48,156 nt of DNA, taken from the NCBI GenBank assembly GCA_024763505.1, contig JANTFI010000005.1, positions 1 to 48,156 of the forward strand. The letters are read 5' to 3'. The notes under the pieces were generated by a model. It was given only the letters and a program-made list of their open reading frames with translations, was not told the DNA's origin and searched no databases. The stretch is from Gammaproteobacteria bacterium (lineage in GTDB: Bacteria > Pseudomonadota > Gammaproteobacteria > GCA-001735895). Each line of letters opens with the position of its first letter. Positions within the stretch are counted from its first letter, which is position 1. Both the position numbers and the translations under genes were made by a program. This document shows positions 20,351 to 31,871 of the stretch, one piece after another.

Positions 20351-21253
20351 CTATGGGTTGTTATTGATGTCTTTTAGAATGATATTGGAGTAATTGATGG
20401 TGGTATCTTCGTAATTGAGGTGCGATTTCAATTCCTGCCAGACCGATTCCGAATTGATGATGCGGCTGTGACCCCAGCCCTTGGGGGTTATCAATTTAGT
20501 CATAGGGAAACGTTTGCAAAAGCGAACCGAGTCTGCGACCGGTGATTCGTCATCGTTCTCGTCATGAGCAATGACTGTGACATCGCTGTATTTTTCCAGT
20601 CTGCGGCTCAATTCCAGTGCAGCATATTGTTTCGGATACTCAGCGATAAACCTGGCCGCATATTTTTTCAGGATATCCGGATGCAAATTTAATTGCCCGA
20701 GCTTGCGTAGAAAAAACAACTTGTAATTGAAAATCGGCGCGATCAGAAAGATTGGCAAGCCCTCGATCAGGGTGGGTCTGGCATTACAGATTATGAGACT
20801 ACCGACATCATGCCCTACTACTGAGGCGATGCCTTCAGGATGATTTTTTTTGATCGATTGAATGATAAAATTGCTCGTCGATATCAATTGTTGCAGAGAC
20901 GCCTGCTTGTTTTCGCTGCGCTCATGGCCGAGATGATCAAATGCCAGCGCGCTAAATCCGCATTCATTCAATCCCCTCATCAATGGAAAAAACTGGTAGG
21001 CACCCCCTCCCCAACCGTGAATGAAAATCACCATTGGTCCTTTGCCGACCTGGTAGGCATTGATTTTTCCTTCGGGCGTTTTGAGCGTGCGCTGTTTAAA
21101 CCGTTTGGGTAAATTGATGTCGCGGGGTTTTTTGGTGTTATGCCAGAAAAGCTGGGAGCTAATCTTTTTTTCTGCCCAACTCGGCATCAGGCGGTTCCAG
21201 ACCAGGCTCAGCTTGCTGAGAAACGATACTTTTCCGGTTTTGATGGATGTCAT
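20351..21253 (-). CDS. Alpha/beta-fold hydrolase
   Basis: FIHGWGG, AFD..GH..S, nucleophile elbow VGHDVG, IAHDEND, GWGHSRI. Confidence 0.75.
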   Translation of the reverse strand: MTSIKTGKVSFLSKLSLVWNRLMPSWAEKKISSQLFWHNTKKPRDINLPKRFKQRTLKTPEGKINAYQVGKGPMVIFIHGWGGGAYQFFPLMRGLNECGFSALAFDHLGHERSENKQASLQQLISTSNFIIQSIKKNHPEGIASVVGHDVGSLIICNARPTLIEGLPIFLIAPIFNYKLFFLRKLGQLNLHPDILKKYAARFIAEYPKQYAALELSRRLEKYSDVTVIAHDENDDESPVADSVRFCKRFPMTKLITPKGWGHSRIINSESVWQELKSHLNYEDTTINYSNIILKDINNNP

Positions 21254-21509
21254 GGTTTGAACAATTCCCTGTCTGTCAAACGAAAGGGGCGCGATGCCTT
21301 TTTAAAACGCCCCAGTTTACTGCAATTTTCCAGTGAAAAGCATAAAACCGACAAGCGTTCTAACAGGATAGCGGTCTGTTAATACCGAATATTTTGACTC
21401 AACTCGTAATGATGGTTCACATCCTGATTTCGAGATTAAATCGTGAAATAATTGATTACCTTGCTGTTTCTTCCTTTAGTTATTGTTTCCTGCGCTTAAG
21501 TAATAGATT

Positions 21510-22015
21510 TGAGCGGGCAGGCCAAGGTAGATCCGATTGGCCGCAAAGACTAGAAACTGCAGTGCTAAAAAAAATACGAAAACAAGCGAAAGGTAAAAAA
21601 AGAAACGAAAGGATACGCCGGATAAAGTGAAAAGCGGGGTTCAGCGGGTATCCGGCAGGAAAAACCTGTTCAGGAATAGCACCAGCGGAATAAGACAATG
21701 TTAACAGGTCGGCCTTATAAACGAGGATGTTGCTCGTAATAAACCTGGAATAATGATCGGGCCGGGCAAGCTGTGGGTCAGCAAGAGCGAGCAGGTACCA
21801 AAAGCACTGGAGAAAGGTTCTGACAGGGCCCGGAAACGTGAACGCAGAATACCGTAGTGGAAATTCTGGCAAGTGCTGAATTTCATTAGCCAAACTGATA
21901 ATGACTGCGATCACGGCAACTGGCTAAACATCCAATCGCCGTTTCAGGGCTGACCCGGGTTTTCCGGCCGCCGAATCAAATATCTAAACAATCTCGACCG
22001 CGGGTGTGTCAGCCC
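21510..22015 (+). ncRNA. Candidate large structured non-coding RNA, family unknown; boundaries approximate
   Basis: No convincing ORF in the ~780 bp gap; at least eight complementary stems, several nested, joined by A-rich linkers (see findings). Confidence 0.45.
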
Positions 22016-22037
22016 AATATTTACAACCGTCTCAGTG

Positions 22038-24599
22038 TTACAGCCAAACCAGATAGCCGACTTCAAGCGGGTGTGTCAGCAATTCGTGATAGGGGTAAAT
22101 TCTGATTTTATAGAAATTCACGCCCGAATTGACCGGTTCAAGATCGAGCGAAAAAATATGGCTGTCATCTTCCTGCCCCTGATATTGCAGCACCAGACTT
22201 TTCGGTTTTTTGAAGATGGTGGCATCACTGTTGTGACGACAACTGTCGATCACACACTCGACGCGCACATCGTCGGCTGACAAACCATTCAGGTAAGCCT
22301 TGATACGAATCGGCAGGGTTTCGCCATGCATAATACTCATGTTGCAGTCATCGGCCCGCTGAATGCTGATATTTTGCCATTGCTGGTGAATCTTGGCCTT
22401 CCATCGGGCCAATTCGATTGCCGGTGCCGAGTCATTTTGCTTCATCCTTTTGTATTGCCGGGTCGCGGGTGTATACAGATTCTTGACATAATCCATCACC
22501 ATGCGCGAGGCATTGAAACGCGGGATGCAGGATTTCATCGATTCCTTGGACAGCCTTACCCAATCCTTCGAGTAGCCCTGGATACCGCGATTGTAAAAGG
22601 TCGGGATGATTTCATGCTCAAGAATATCCAGCATGTCACCGGCTTCTTCGTCATCACGAATTTGCGGTGGAGTGTCGGGCGAGTGGGGGATGATGCCCCA
22701 GCCATTATGGCCATTGAAGCCCTCACCCCACCAGCCATCGAGCACACTCAGATTTACGACACCGTTCATCGCTGCTTTCTGGCCCGATGTGCCGCTGGCC
22801 TCGAGTGGATACTCCGGATTATTGACCCAGACATCGACACCGGCGACCAGACTCCGTGCCATTGCCATGTTATAGCCCTCGAGAATTACGACCTTGCCAA
22901 GAAACTCCTGACGTTGTGAAAACTCGTGGATGTTTCGAATCAAGTCCTGACCGGGACCATCTTTCGGATGTGCCTTGCCGGCGAATATCAATAGTACCGG
23001 ACGATCCGGGATGTTGAGCAGTCGTGCCAGCCGTTCGGGGTCACGAAACAGTAACGTTGCCCTTTTATAAGTGGCGAAACGACGGGCAAAACCGAGCACC
23101 AGAATATCGGTTTCCGGCTCGATCATTTGACGGGTCATGCGCCGGGACAAGGTATCATTGCTATGGTTACGATGGCAGCGCTGTATGGTGCGTCGACGAG
23201 TGGCAACCAGCATCTGGCTTTTCAGTTCCTGACGCAGGCTCCAGAAACGGTGGTCAGGAATCTCGTCGATGCATTTCCAGTAGTCGACATCAAGCAATTT
23301 GTTGCGCCACTCGCGAAATCGCATGTCAAACAGATTAAGCCAGTCACGCGCCAGAAAGGTCGGAGCATGTACACCGTTGGTGACATAGGTAATGGCGTTT
23401 TCCTCGACCGGTATCTGTGGCCAGACGTAAGATTCCATTTCTGCCGCTACTCCTCCGTGGATACGGCTTACGCCATTGTGAAAGCGTGAACCGCGCAATG
23501 CGAAGGCAGTCATGTTGAAGCTGCCCGGCGCAGTGGGTGATTCGCCGTAAGCCATAAAGTCTTCCCACTCCAGATCAAGCCGCTTGCAGCAATTGTGAAA
23601 GTATTCGACCATTAATTGTTGAGGGAAAATATCATGTCCGGCGGGTACCGGGGTGTGAGTAGTAAAAACTGTACCGGCTGCGACTTGCTCCAGTGCTGAA
23701 CGAAAATCGAAATTTTCATTGGTCACTTCACGACAGCGTTCGATGATCGAAAAGGCGGCGTGTCCTTCGTTTATATGCCAGGTCGTGGGTTTCAAGCCCA
23801 GTTCGCGAATCAATCGCACGCCTCCAATACCGAGAACGATCTCCTGCTCGATGCGGGTTTTTTTATCTCCACCGTACAGACGGAAGGTGATTTCGCGGTC
23901 TTGATCGCTATTGCCTTCCACATTACTGTCGAGGAAATACATCTGGGTATGCCCAGCCTTGGCGTGCCAGGCTCTCAATTGCACTTCGCGACCCGCTATC
24001 TCGACCATGATGATGAGTTTTTCGCCATTACTGTCACGCACCGGGCTGATTGGTAACTCACTGAAATGGGCGGTGTTATAGGTGGCGATCTGATTGCCAT
24101 GCGCATCGATTTGCTGGTTGAAGTACCCCTGTCTATACAGCAGACCCACCGCAACGAAGGGAACGCCGAGGTCGCTGATCGCCTTGCAGTGGTCACCTGC
24201 AAGTATGCCCAGACCACCGGAATAGATCGGAAAGCTTTCATGTAAGCCGAATTCGGCGCAAAAATAGGCAATCAGGTCGTTATGGATATCGAGATATTCA
24301 TCGATTTCATGGTGGGTATTTTTATCCAGATATGAGTTGAACGATGACAATACCCGCGAATATTCTTCCATGAAGATATTGTCTTCGACAGCTTGATCGA
24401 GCAGATCTTGGGAAACACGACGTAAAAATAATTTGGGGTTGTGGTCACATTGTTCCCACAACTCGGGGTCCAGCCGGTAAAACAAGCTGCGTGCATTTCG
24501 ATCCCAGCTGTATAACAGGTTGTCTGACAGTTCCAGCAGTCCGCTTAACGCCTGTGGAATTCGTGGACGAACTTCAATCTGATAAATGGTTTCTGACAT
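22038..24599 (-). CDS. glgP: Alpha-glucan (glycogen) phosphorylase
   Basis: YSGGLGILAGDH, HINEGHAAF, FTTHTPVPAGHD, FARRFATYKR, PLP-lysine motif EASGTSGQK. Confidence 0.96.
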   Translation of the reverse strand: MSETIYQIEVRPRIPQALSGLLELSDNLLYSWDRNARSLFYRLDPELWEQCDHNPKLFLRRVSQDLLDQAVEDNIFMEEYSRVLSSFNSYLDKNTHHEIDEYLDIHNDLIAYFCAEFGLHESFPIYSGGLGILAGDHCKAISDLGVPFVAVGLLYRQGYFNQQIDAHGNQIATYNTAHFSELPISPVRDSNGEKLIIMVEIAGREVQLRAWHAKAGHTQMYFLDSNVEGNSDQDREITFRLYGGDKKTRIEQEIVLGIGGVRLIRELGLKPTTWHINEGHAAFSIIERCREVTNENFDFRSALEQVAAGTVFTTHTPVPAGHDIFPQQLMVEYFHNCCKRLDLEWEDFMAYGESPTAPGSFNMTAFALRGSRFHNGVSRIHGGVAAEMESYVWPQIPVEENAITYVTNGVHAPTFLARDWLNLFDMRFREWRNKLLDVDYWKCIDEIPDHRFWSLRQELKSQMLVATRRRTIQRCHRNHSNDTLSRRMTRQMIEPETDILVLGFARRFATYKRATLLFRDPERLARLLNIPDRPVLLIFAGKAHPKDGPGQDLIRNIHEFSQRQEFLGKVVILEGYNMAMARSLVAGVDVWVNNPEYPLEASGTSGQKAAMNGVVNLSVLDGWWGEGFNGHNGWGIIPHSPDTPPQIRDDEEAGDMLDILEHEIIPTFYNRGIQGYSKDWVRLSKESMKSCIPRFNASRMVMDYVKNLYTPATRQYKRMKQNDSAPAIELARWKAKIHQQWQNISIQRADDCNMSIMHGETLPIRIKAYLNGLSADDVRVECVIDSCRHNSDATIFKKPKSLVLQYQGQEDDSHIFSLDLEPVNSGVNFYKIRIYPYHELLTHPLEVGYLVWL

Positions 24600-24718
24600 A
24601 ATGTCGTTCCGTTTTGAGTAAATGGTTGCTGTCTTGTTCCAGACCGCTGGCGAGTACTCGCATTCTACCTGGCCGGGAGTTTGCCGGGTTTCGGCTGTTC
24701 ATTCAAAAAACTCTTGCT

Positions 24719-26362
<1,644 letters not shown>

Positions 26363-26810
26363 TCAAATAAAAAAATCATATTCTGTCATCTTCTGCCTGT
26401 AAATGATTTAAGACAATAAATTAGAAATCTGAATTTTATTCAGAATCGTCTATCATTATTCGGCGGGAAAATTTGGAATTGAACCTGAATTGTCGTACTT
26501 TGGCGTTGTTTACGGATTTCAGGCGTTGCCAGAAACTTTGTAACGCTAACTACTTGACCGGACAGACAATGGAAAAACCTGATTTTATTTTTCGCTGATC
26601 AGGCAAGAGCTCACTGACCGGCTGAATGGAAGATGGGGTGCTTTGACAAGGGGTCTGGGCGGATTTGAGCGGGGGTAATAAAAGCTCCGGGCTCCGGTTC
26701 GATGGTGCATTGATAATTATAACTACTGATCCTGTTTCTAACCGACAGAAACTCCGGGCTGCAAGGGTTTCTGTCCAATTGATAGCATCAGTCCAGAGAG
26801 GCTGAATACC

Positions 26811-27932
26811 ATGAATACACTGAAAAAAAGCCGTGGTTCCGGTTCCAATATCGAGCCATACGAAAATGCCCGTCGTCTCAATGTGACTCGACGCAAACGA
26901 CATGTCTTGATCGTTGATGATGAATCAACCGGGCGGGTTATTTTGCAAAAGGTGGTTGAAAATATAGCCAGTGATCTGGTCGTGACTGGATTTGACCATG
27001 CTGGTAGTGCACTGGAATGGATGCAAACCCATCAGGCTGATCTGATTATCAGTGACTATCGTATGCCCGATATCAACGGTGTTGAATTCATCCGTAAAAT
27101 CAGGCAAAAGCCGGGCTATGAAAGTGTGCCGGTTATGATGATCACGGTTGTCAGCGAGAAATCGGTTCGCTATGAAGCATTGGAAGCAGGAGCAACGGCA
27201 TTTCTGACCCGTCCGATTGATCAGATCGAATGCCGCACCAGCTGTCGTAACCTGCTGAAAATACAGGAACAACAATCAATTATTCAGGACAAGGCAGACT
27301 GGCTGGCGAGACAGGTTGAAGTGGCCACCATGCAAATCACTTCGCGTGAGCGTGAAACCCTGTTGCGGCTGGGCCGGGCCGGTGAATATCGTGATGAAGA
27401 TACCGGTAACCATGTAATCCGTATGGCACGTTATGCCCGGGTGATAGCCGAAGAACTCGGCTTGAGTGAAGAAGAGTGCAGTGACATCGAGTTTGCGGCA
27501 CCGATGCATGATATCGGTAAGATTGGCGTTCCGGATCGGGTTTTACTCAAACCCGGTTCTTTTGAGGATCAGGAGTGGGAAGCGATGAAGCAGCATACCG
27601 TAATGGGCTACGATATTTTGTCGGAAAGCCAGTCGCGTTATATCCAGATGGGCGCTGTAATTGCGCTGAATCATCATGAAAAGTTTGATGGTAGTGGATA
27701 TCCTTCTGGTCTTTCGGGTCAAGATATACCGCTGGTGGCCCGGATCGTTGCGGTCGCGGATGTATTCGATGCTCTGGTTTCGGAACGACCTTATAAAAAG
27801 CGATGGCCTCAGCAGCAGGCACTGGATTATATTCGGCAGCAATCCGGCTCTCACTTTGATCCGCAGTGTGTTGATGCATTTTTTCAGCGGCTGAAAGACA
27901 TCGAATTCATCCAGCAAGATTTGAGCGATTAA
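26811..27932 (+). CDS. rpfG: REC-HD-GYP cyclic di-GMP phosphodiesterase, RpfG-like
   Basis: REC domain (VLIVDD, SDYRMPD), HDIGKIG, HHEKFDGSGYP, ADVFDAL, RPYK; adjacent to rpfC and rpfF. Confidence 0.85.
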   Translation: MNTLKKSRGSGSNIEPYENARRLNVTRRKRHVLIVDDESTGRVILQKVVENIASDLVVTGFDHAGSALEWMQTHQADLIISDYRMPDINGVEFIRKIRQKPGYESVPVMMITVVSEKSVRYEALEAGATAFLTRPIDQIECRTSCRNLLKIQEQQSIIQDKADWLARQVEVATMQITSRERETLLRLGRAGEYRDEDTGNHVIRMARYARVIAEELGLSEEECSDIEFAAPMHDIGKIGVPDRVLLKPGSFEDQEWEAMKQHTVMGYDILSESQSRYIQMGAVIALNHHEKFDGSGYPSGLSGQDIPLVARIVAVADVFDALVSERPYKKRWPQQQALDYIRQQSGSHFDPQCVDAFFQRLKDIEFIQQDLSD

Positions 27933-27984
27933 TCACCAACTAACCAACATCATTTTGGCTGGCCAACAAGGATAGAAATCATTG

Positions 27985-30552
27985 ATGCCTGTTTCCGACT
28001 TACTCACAACCCTGAAAATACTCGGTAGGCGGTTGAAAAAAACCGGTGATACCGAACCCGAGCAGGCAATCAATTTGCGTTTGGTCATCGGGGTTTTGCT
28101 GGTCCTTTATTTTAGTTTCCCCTGGGCGCGTGACAGCAGTTTCGAACATACGTTTTTTTCACTACCGAGTTTGATTGCGCTGGGCTATTACGGGACGGCT
28201 TTACTGATAGCTTTAGCCATTATCATCCATCCCCGGCCATCCCCGGCAAGGCGTATTGCAGGTATAATCATCGATCTTGGAGCGCTGTCGGCGGTCATGC
28301 TGCTGGCCGGTGAATACAGTATCCCGCTGTTTGTGCTGTACCTGTGGGTTGTTCTGGGAAATGGTTTTCGTTACGGCACTCGCTATCTATATATCTCCGA
28401 AGCGATTGCTCTGTGCGGATTCATACCGGCCGTTTATTTCGGGACCTACTGGCATCAGAATCCCTCGATCACTTTCAGTCTGTTGATGATTTTGCTGGTC
28501 TTGCCGCTATATTCGGCATTTTTGTTGAACAAACTGCACGAAGCGATGGATTCTGCCCGGCAGGCCAATGCAGCGAAGTCACAGTTTTTAGCCAATATGT
28601 CCCACGAATTGCGCACTCCGCTTAACGGTGTAATCGGAATGGGAGAATTGCTGCGAGAAACCGATCTCAGCTTTGAGCAAAACGAATTGGTGAAGAGTAT
28701 GCATTCATCCGCCAACACTTTGCTGGAACTGATCGAAAATATACTGGATATATCCAAAATTGAAGCAGGCAAACTGACCGTTTCACATGAGCCTTTTGAT
28801 CTTTATGAGTTGGTCAATTCAGTTCGATATATGTTGGCACCGGGCGGAGAAAGCAAAGGACTGATGGTAAGCTGCAATATTGACCCGGACACGCCGTTTT
28901 CGGTTAAGGGGGATCCACCACATATTCGTCAGGTGCTGATCAACCTGATGTCCAATGCAATCAAATTTACCGATCAGGGCTCGGTAAGCCTGAATGTTTA
29001 CCAGCGCAGTGGCAGCATTCTGCATCCGAAGATCCGCTTTGAAGTGAGCGACACCGGTATAGGGATTTCCGATCAGGATCAACATCGAATTTTTGAGGAT
29101 TTCACCCAGGCCGATAATGGGATTGCCCGTAATTATGGCGGCACTGGTCTGGGTACCACCATCTCGCGAGATCTGGTTGACTTAATGGGGGGAGACATGG
29201 GACTCGAGAGTGAGTCGGGGCAGGGGTCTACCTTCTGGTTCGAGTTGACGCTGGAAACCCAACCGCAAGATCAGGTCGAGTTATCACAATACCGGGTTTT
29301 ACTACTGGCTTCGGAAGCTACAGCCGCTAGCGTGAGGCCCGCACTGAAGAGTTGGTCAGTTGATTTTAACTGGGTTCGATCGGAGGCCAGGGCACTCTCT
29401 ACGGTATTGTCCGCGGCCGAACAAAACAGCCATTATGAAGTCATCATCGTGGATCAATCATCGTTAAAGGATGTCAATCCGGTGCAGTTTGCCCAGATGC
29501 TTCGTGTAGAAGCAGGATTAGATCATTTGGCTATGGTTCTATTGAATTCATCCGACTCGATGGTCGAAGCCAATATCGTCAACCAGTATTACGTTTCAAC
29601 CCTGCAGGAGCCGGCAGACAAACGTCTTCTTTTCAACGCTATTCATGCCGCGCATAGCGCGCAATTTCATGATGAAAAAATAGTCACGCTGGCAGAGTTC
29701 TACGCCCGGCAGGGCGAGGTTCGTTCGTTGAATGTTCTGGTAGCGGAAGACAATCAGGTCAATCAGCAAGTATTACAGGGAATACTGGAGCATGCCGGTC
29801 ATCAGGTGATGATCGCCGATAGCGGTGAAACTGTTCTGGACCGGTTGGCTGATGGATTGGACACATTTGACCTACTGGTGCTGGATATGAATATGCCAAA
29901 AAAATCCGGCATCGAAGTGATCAAGGCGCTGCGATTTATGGAAGGGGAGAAACATTTGCCGGTGATTATGCTGACAGCGGATGCAACTCCACAAGCGCGA
30001 GAAAACTGTCTCAATGCCGGTGCTAACAGCTTTTTGACCAAGCCGGTCGATGCGCGAGTTTTACTGGAAAAAATTGCGATTTTGACTCGCAAGAACCGAC
30101 CGCGGGCCGCTTCTGGACATCATGCTTACCAACCGCATGCACGACTTCACAAACTGGCGAATGCAGAATTTGATAGCTCCGACTGGATCGATGAATATGT
30201 GCTGCAGGAATTATCAGCGCTGGGCGGAGGTATTGCTTTCATCAAAAGCCTGGTCGATGGTTTTGAACTGGACGGGCAAAAACACTTGCAAGCAATCCAC
30301 ATGCATCAGGATGATGACTACCCGGCTTATCGAGAGAGTATTCACGCGCTTAAAGGTTCCGCAACCGAACTGGGTGCGTTGCAGTTGGTCGATATCTGCC
30401 TCAAGGCCGAAAAGTTAAAACCCGCCGATATTGACAGTTCGCGAATGCGGCAAACCAATCACGAAGTAGAGAAAACCTTTTCCCGGACGGTGTCCGAATT
30501 ACGACGCTTGATCGAAGCCAAATTAAACCAGATTTCTCACAAAAAAGATTAA
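27985..30552 (+). CDS. rpfC: Hybrid sensor kinase (TM-HisKA-HATPase-pseudoREC-REC-HPt), RpfC-like
   Basis: N-terminal DTEPEQA, about 5 TMs with [16 protein letters not shown] (RpfC-type sensor), [10 protein letters not shown] boxes, REC LDMNMP, HPt HALKGSA. Confidence 0.85.
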   Translation: MPVSDLLTTLKILGRRLKKTGDTEPEQAINLRLVIGVLLVLYFSFPWARDSSFEHTFFSLPSLIALGYYGTALLIALAIIIHPRPSPARRIAGIIIDLGALSAVMLLAGEYSIPLFVLYLWVVLGNGFRYGTRYLYISEAIALCGFIPAVYFGTYWHQNPSITFSLLMILLVLPLYSAFLLNKLHEAMDSARQANAAKSQFLANMSHELRTPLNGVIGMGELLRETDLSFEQNELVKSMHSSANTLLELIENILDISKIEAGKLTVSHEPFDLYELVNSVRYMLAPGGESKGLMVSCNIDPDTPFSVKGDPPHIRQVLINLMSNAIKFTDQGSVSLNVYQRSGSILHPKIRFEVSDTGIGISDQDQHRIFEDFTQADNGIARNYGGTGLGTTISRDLVDLMGGDMGLESESGQGSTFWFELTLETQPQDQVELSQYRVLLLASEATAASVRPALKSWSVDFNWVRSEARALSTVLSAAEQNSHYEVIIVDQSSLKDVNPVQFAQMLRVEAGLDHLAMVLLNSSDSMVEANIVNQYYVSTLQEPADKRLLFNAIHAAHSAQFHDEKIVTLAEFYARQGEVRSLNVLVAEDNQVNQQVLQGILEHAGHQVMIADSGETVLDRLADGLDTFDLLVLDMNMPKKSGIEVIKALRFMEGEKHLPVIMLTADATPQARENCLNAGANSFLTKPVDARVLLEKIAILTRKNRPRAASGHHAYQPHARLHKLANAEFDSSDWIDEYVLQELSALGGGIAFIKSLVDGFELDGQKHLQAIHMHQDDDYPAYRESIHALKGSATELGALQLVDICLKAEKLKPADIDSSRMRQTNHEVEKTFSRTVSELRRLIEAKLNQISHKKD

Positions 30553-30680
30553 AGCAAAAATTCATCCCGGTATTTCTTAAGCAGGGAGGCGTTTCTGAAC
30601 CAAGTCTTTATCGGTTTCTCGAATGTTTTTTGTACCCTGGTCTTGTAGTGTGTCATGCGTTGTGTCGCGCTAGTTGTCTT

Positions 30681-31550
30681 TTATGCTTTCAATCGCTTGT
30701 TTTGGCGGTTCACCAACCGCTGCATCATACGAATATCTCGTTCAGTCAGGTTTAGTGCGGCATCGGCCCAGACATTCGCGATGCGGGTTAATTCCTGATA
30801 GCTGATGTTGTTGCAGATATCCTTGACCTGACGCATGGCTCGGTAACTGTTGCTCGCACGGTTGGCAGTTTCAATATATTGGTATACCGCCAGTTCACCT
30901 TCTTCAGGCTCGGCCAGGATATCGACCACGCCCATCTGTTGTAATTCTTCTGCCTTATATATTTTTCCGCTGAGAATCATTTGTTCCGCCCTGGCAGGGC
31001 CCACCTTGCGTGACAGCAAAGAAAACGCCCCCATCCCTGGAAACAGGTTGAACAAGACCTCGGGCAATCCCATTTTCACCCCTCGCTCGGCGATGATGAT
31101 GTTACTGGATAACGCAGCTTCGAAACCGCCTCCAAGAGCATCTCCCTGTATCAGGGAAATCGTGGTCAGATCGGTATTATAGTGGTGCATATTCTGATAA
31201 AGAATATCGATACAGTGAATGGCGTACCCGAGTAATTGATCCCGGTTACGTTGGTGAATCAATCGGGTAAACAGATCCAGATCACCTCCCAGATTGAAAA
31301 TACCGGGTACTTCGGAGCCAACCACCAGGTAGTCGTATTGTTTGCCCCCGCTTGATTTCATCTCGGATTTTACCTGATTCAGGTAATCGGACAGATTCTC
31401 AAGCAAAGTAGGCGTAAAACACGGACGCGGCCGGGCTTTCATCAAGAACCAGCCGACCTTGAATTTTTCGTCATAATATGTGTTCAGTTGTGCGAAATTG
31501 CCTTGCTCATTGACTTGTTCATCCTTGTTAATAAAAGCAATATTATTCAT
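30681..31550 (-). CDS. rpfF: DSF synthase (crotonase family), RpfF
   Basis: RPCFTP.LL, FNLGGDL, GDALGGGFEAALS and LPEVLFNLFPGMGA (both catalytic Glu present); convergent with rpfC as in Xanthomonas; AGGAG RBS before the ATG at 31550. Confidence 0.9.
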   Translation of the reverse strand: MNNIAFINKDEQVNEQGNFAQLNTYYDEKFKVGWFLMKARPRPCFTPTLLENLSDYLNQVKSEMKSSGGKQYDYLVVGSEVPGIFNLGGDLDLFTRLIHQRNRDQLLGYAIHCIDILYQNMHHYNTDLTTISLIQGDALGGGFEAALSSNIIIAERGVKMGLPEVLFNLFPGMGAFSLLSRKVGPARAEQMILSGKIYKAEELQQMGVVDILAEPEEGELAVYQYIETANRASNSYRAMRQVKDICNNISYQELTRIANVWADAALNLTERDIRMMQRLVNRQNKRLKA

Positions 31551-31871
31551 TGTGACTGCTCCTGTAGACAGAGACACCGGTTAAAAAACGGAATTTGTAG
31601 CGTCTCCGAAGTAATTGAATCGAGACCGTCGGACAAGTTACAAATTTCGAAGTGAAAGCTTTCGCGGCACTCTAGAGTGAGTGTTGCACGTTAAGCCCGA
31701 ATATTTAAAAGCAAGCAGCGTGCCAAGTCGTTTTACAACCTGATAATTTCGAATTATCGGTAAATAAAGTCATTTTTTTGCTACTTTTGCTGTCCATAAA
31801 TCGACTAACTTGTTGTGTTGACAATTTTTTGACACTTGATATCCCGGAGGTGAAAATCGGAAAATGATCAT

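Noticed and set aside
21394-21914. ORFs 21394-21630 (+), 21480-21914 (-) and 21701-21886 (-) in the large intergenic gap
   Set aside because: Weak starts, no clear RBS, and K/R-rich or F/L/S-rich composition that mirrors the A-skew; no recognisable family.
21947-22015. GGGCTGA...TCAGCCC resembling a tRNA or tmRNA acceptor stem
   Set aside because: No TTCRA T-loop, no CCA end and no cloverleaf.
24650-24661. 12 bp palindrome GCGAGTACTCGC upstream of glgP (similarly CACTCTAGAGTG at 31668-31679)
   Set aside because: Single short palindromes of this length are expected by chance in 48 kb and have no supporting context.
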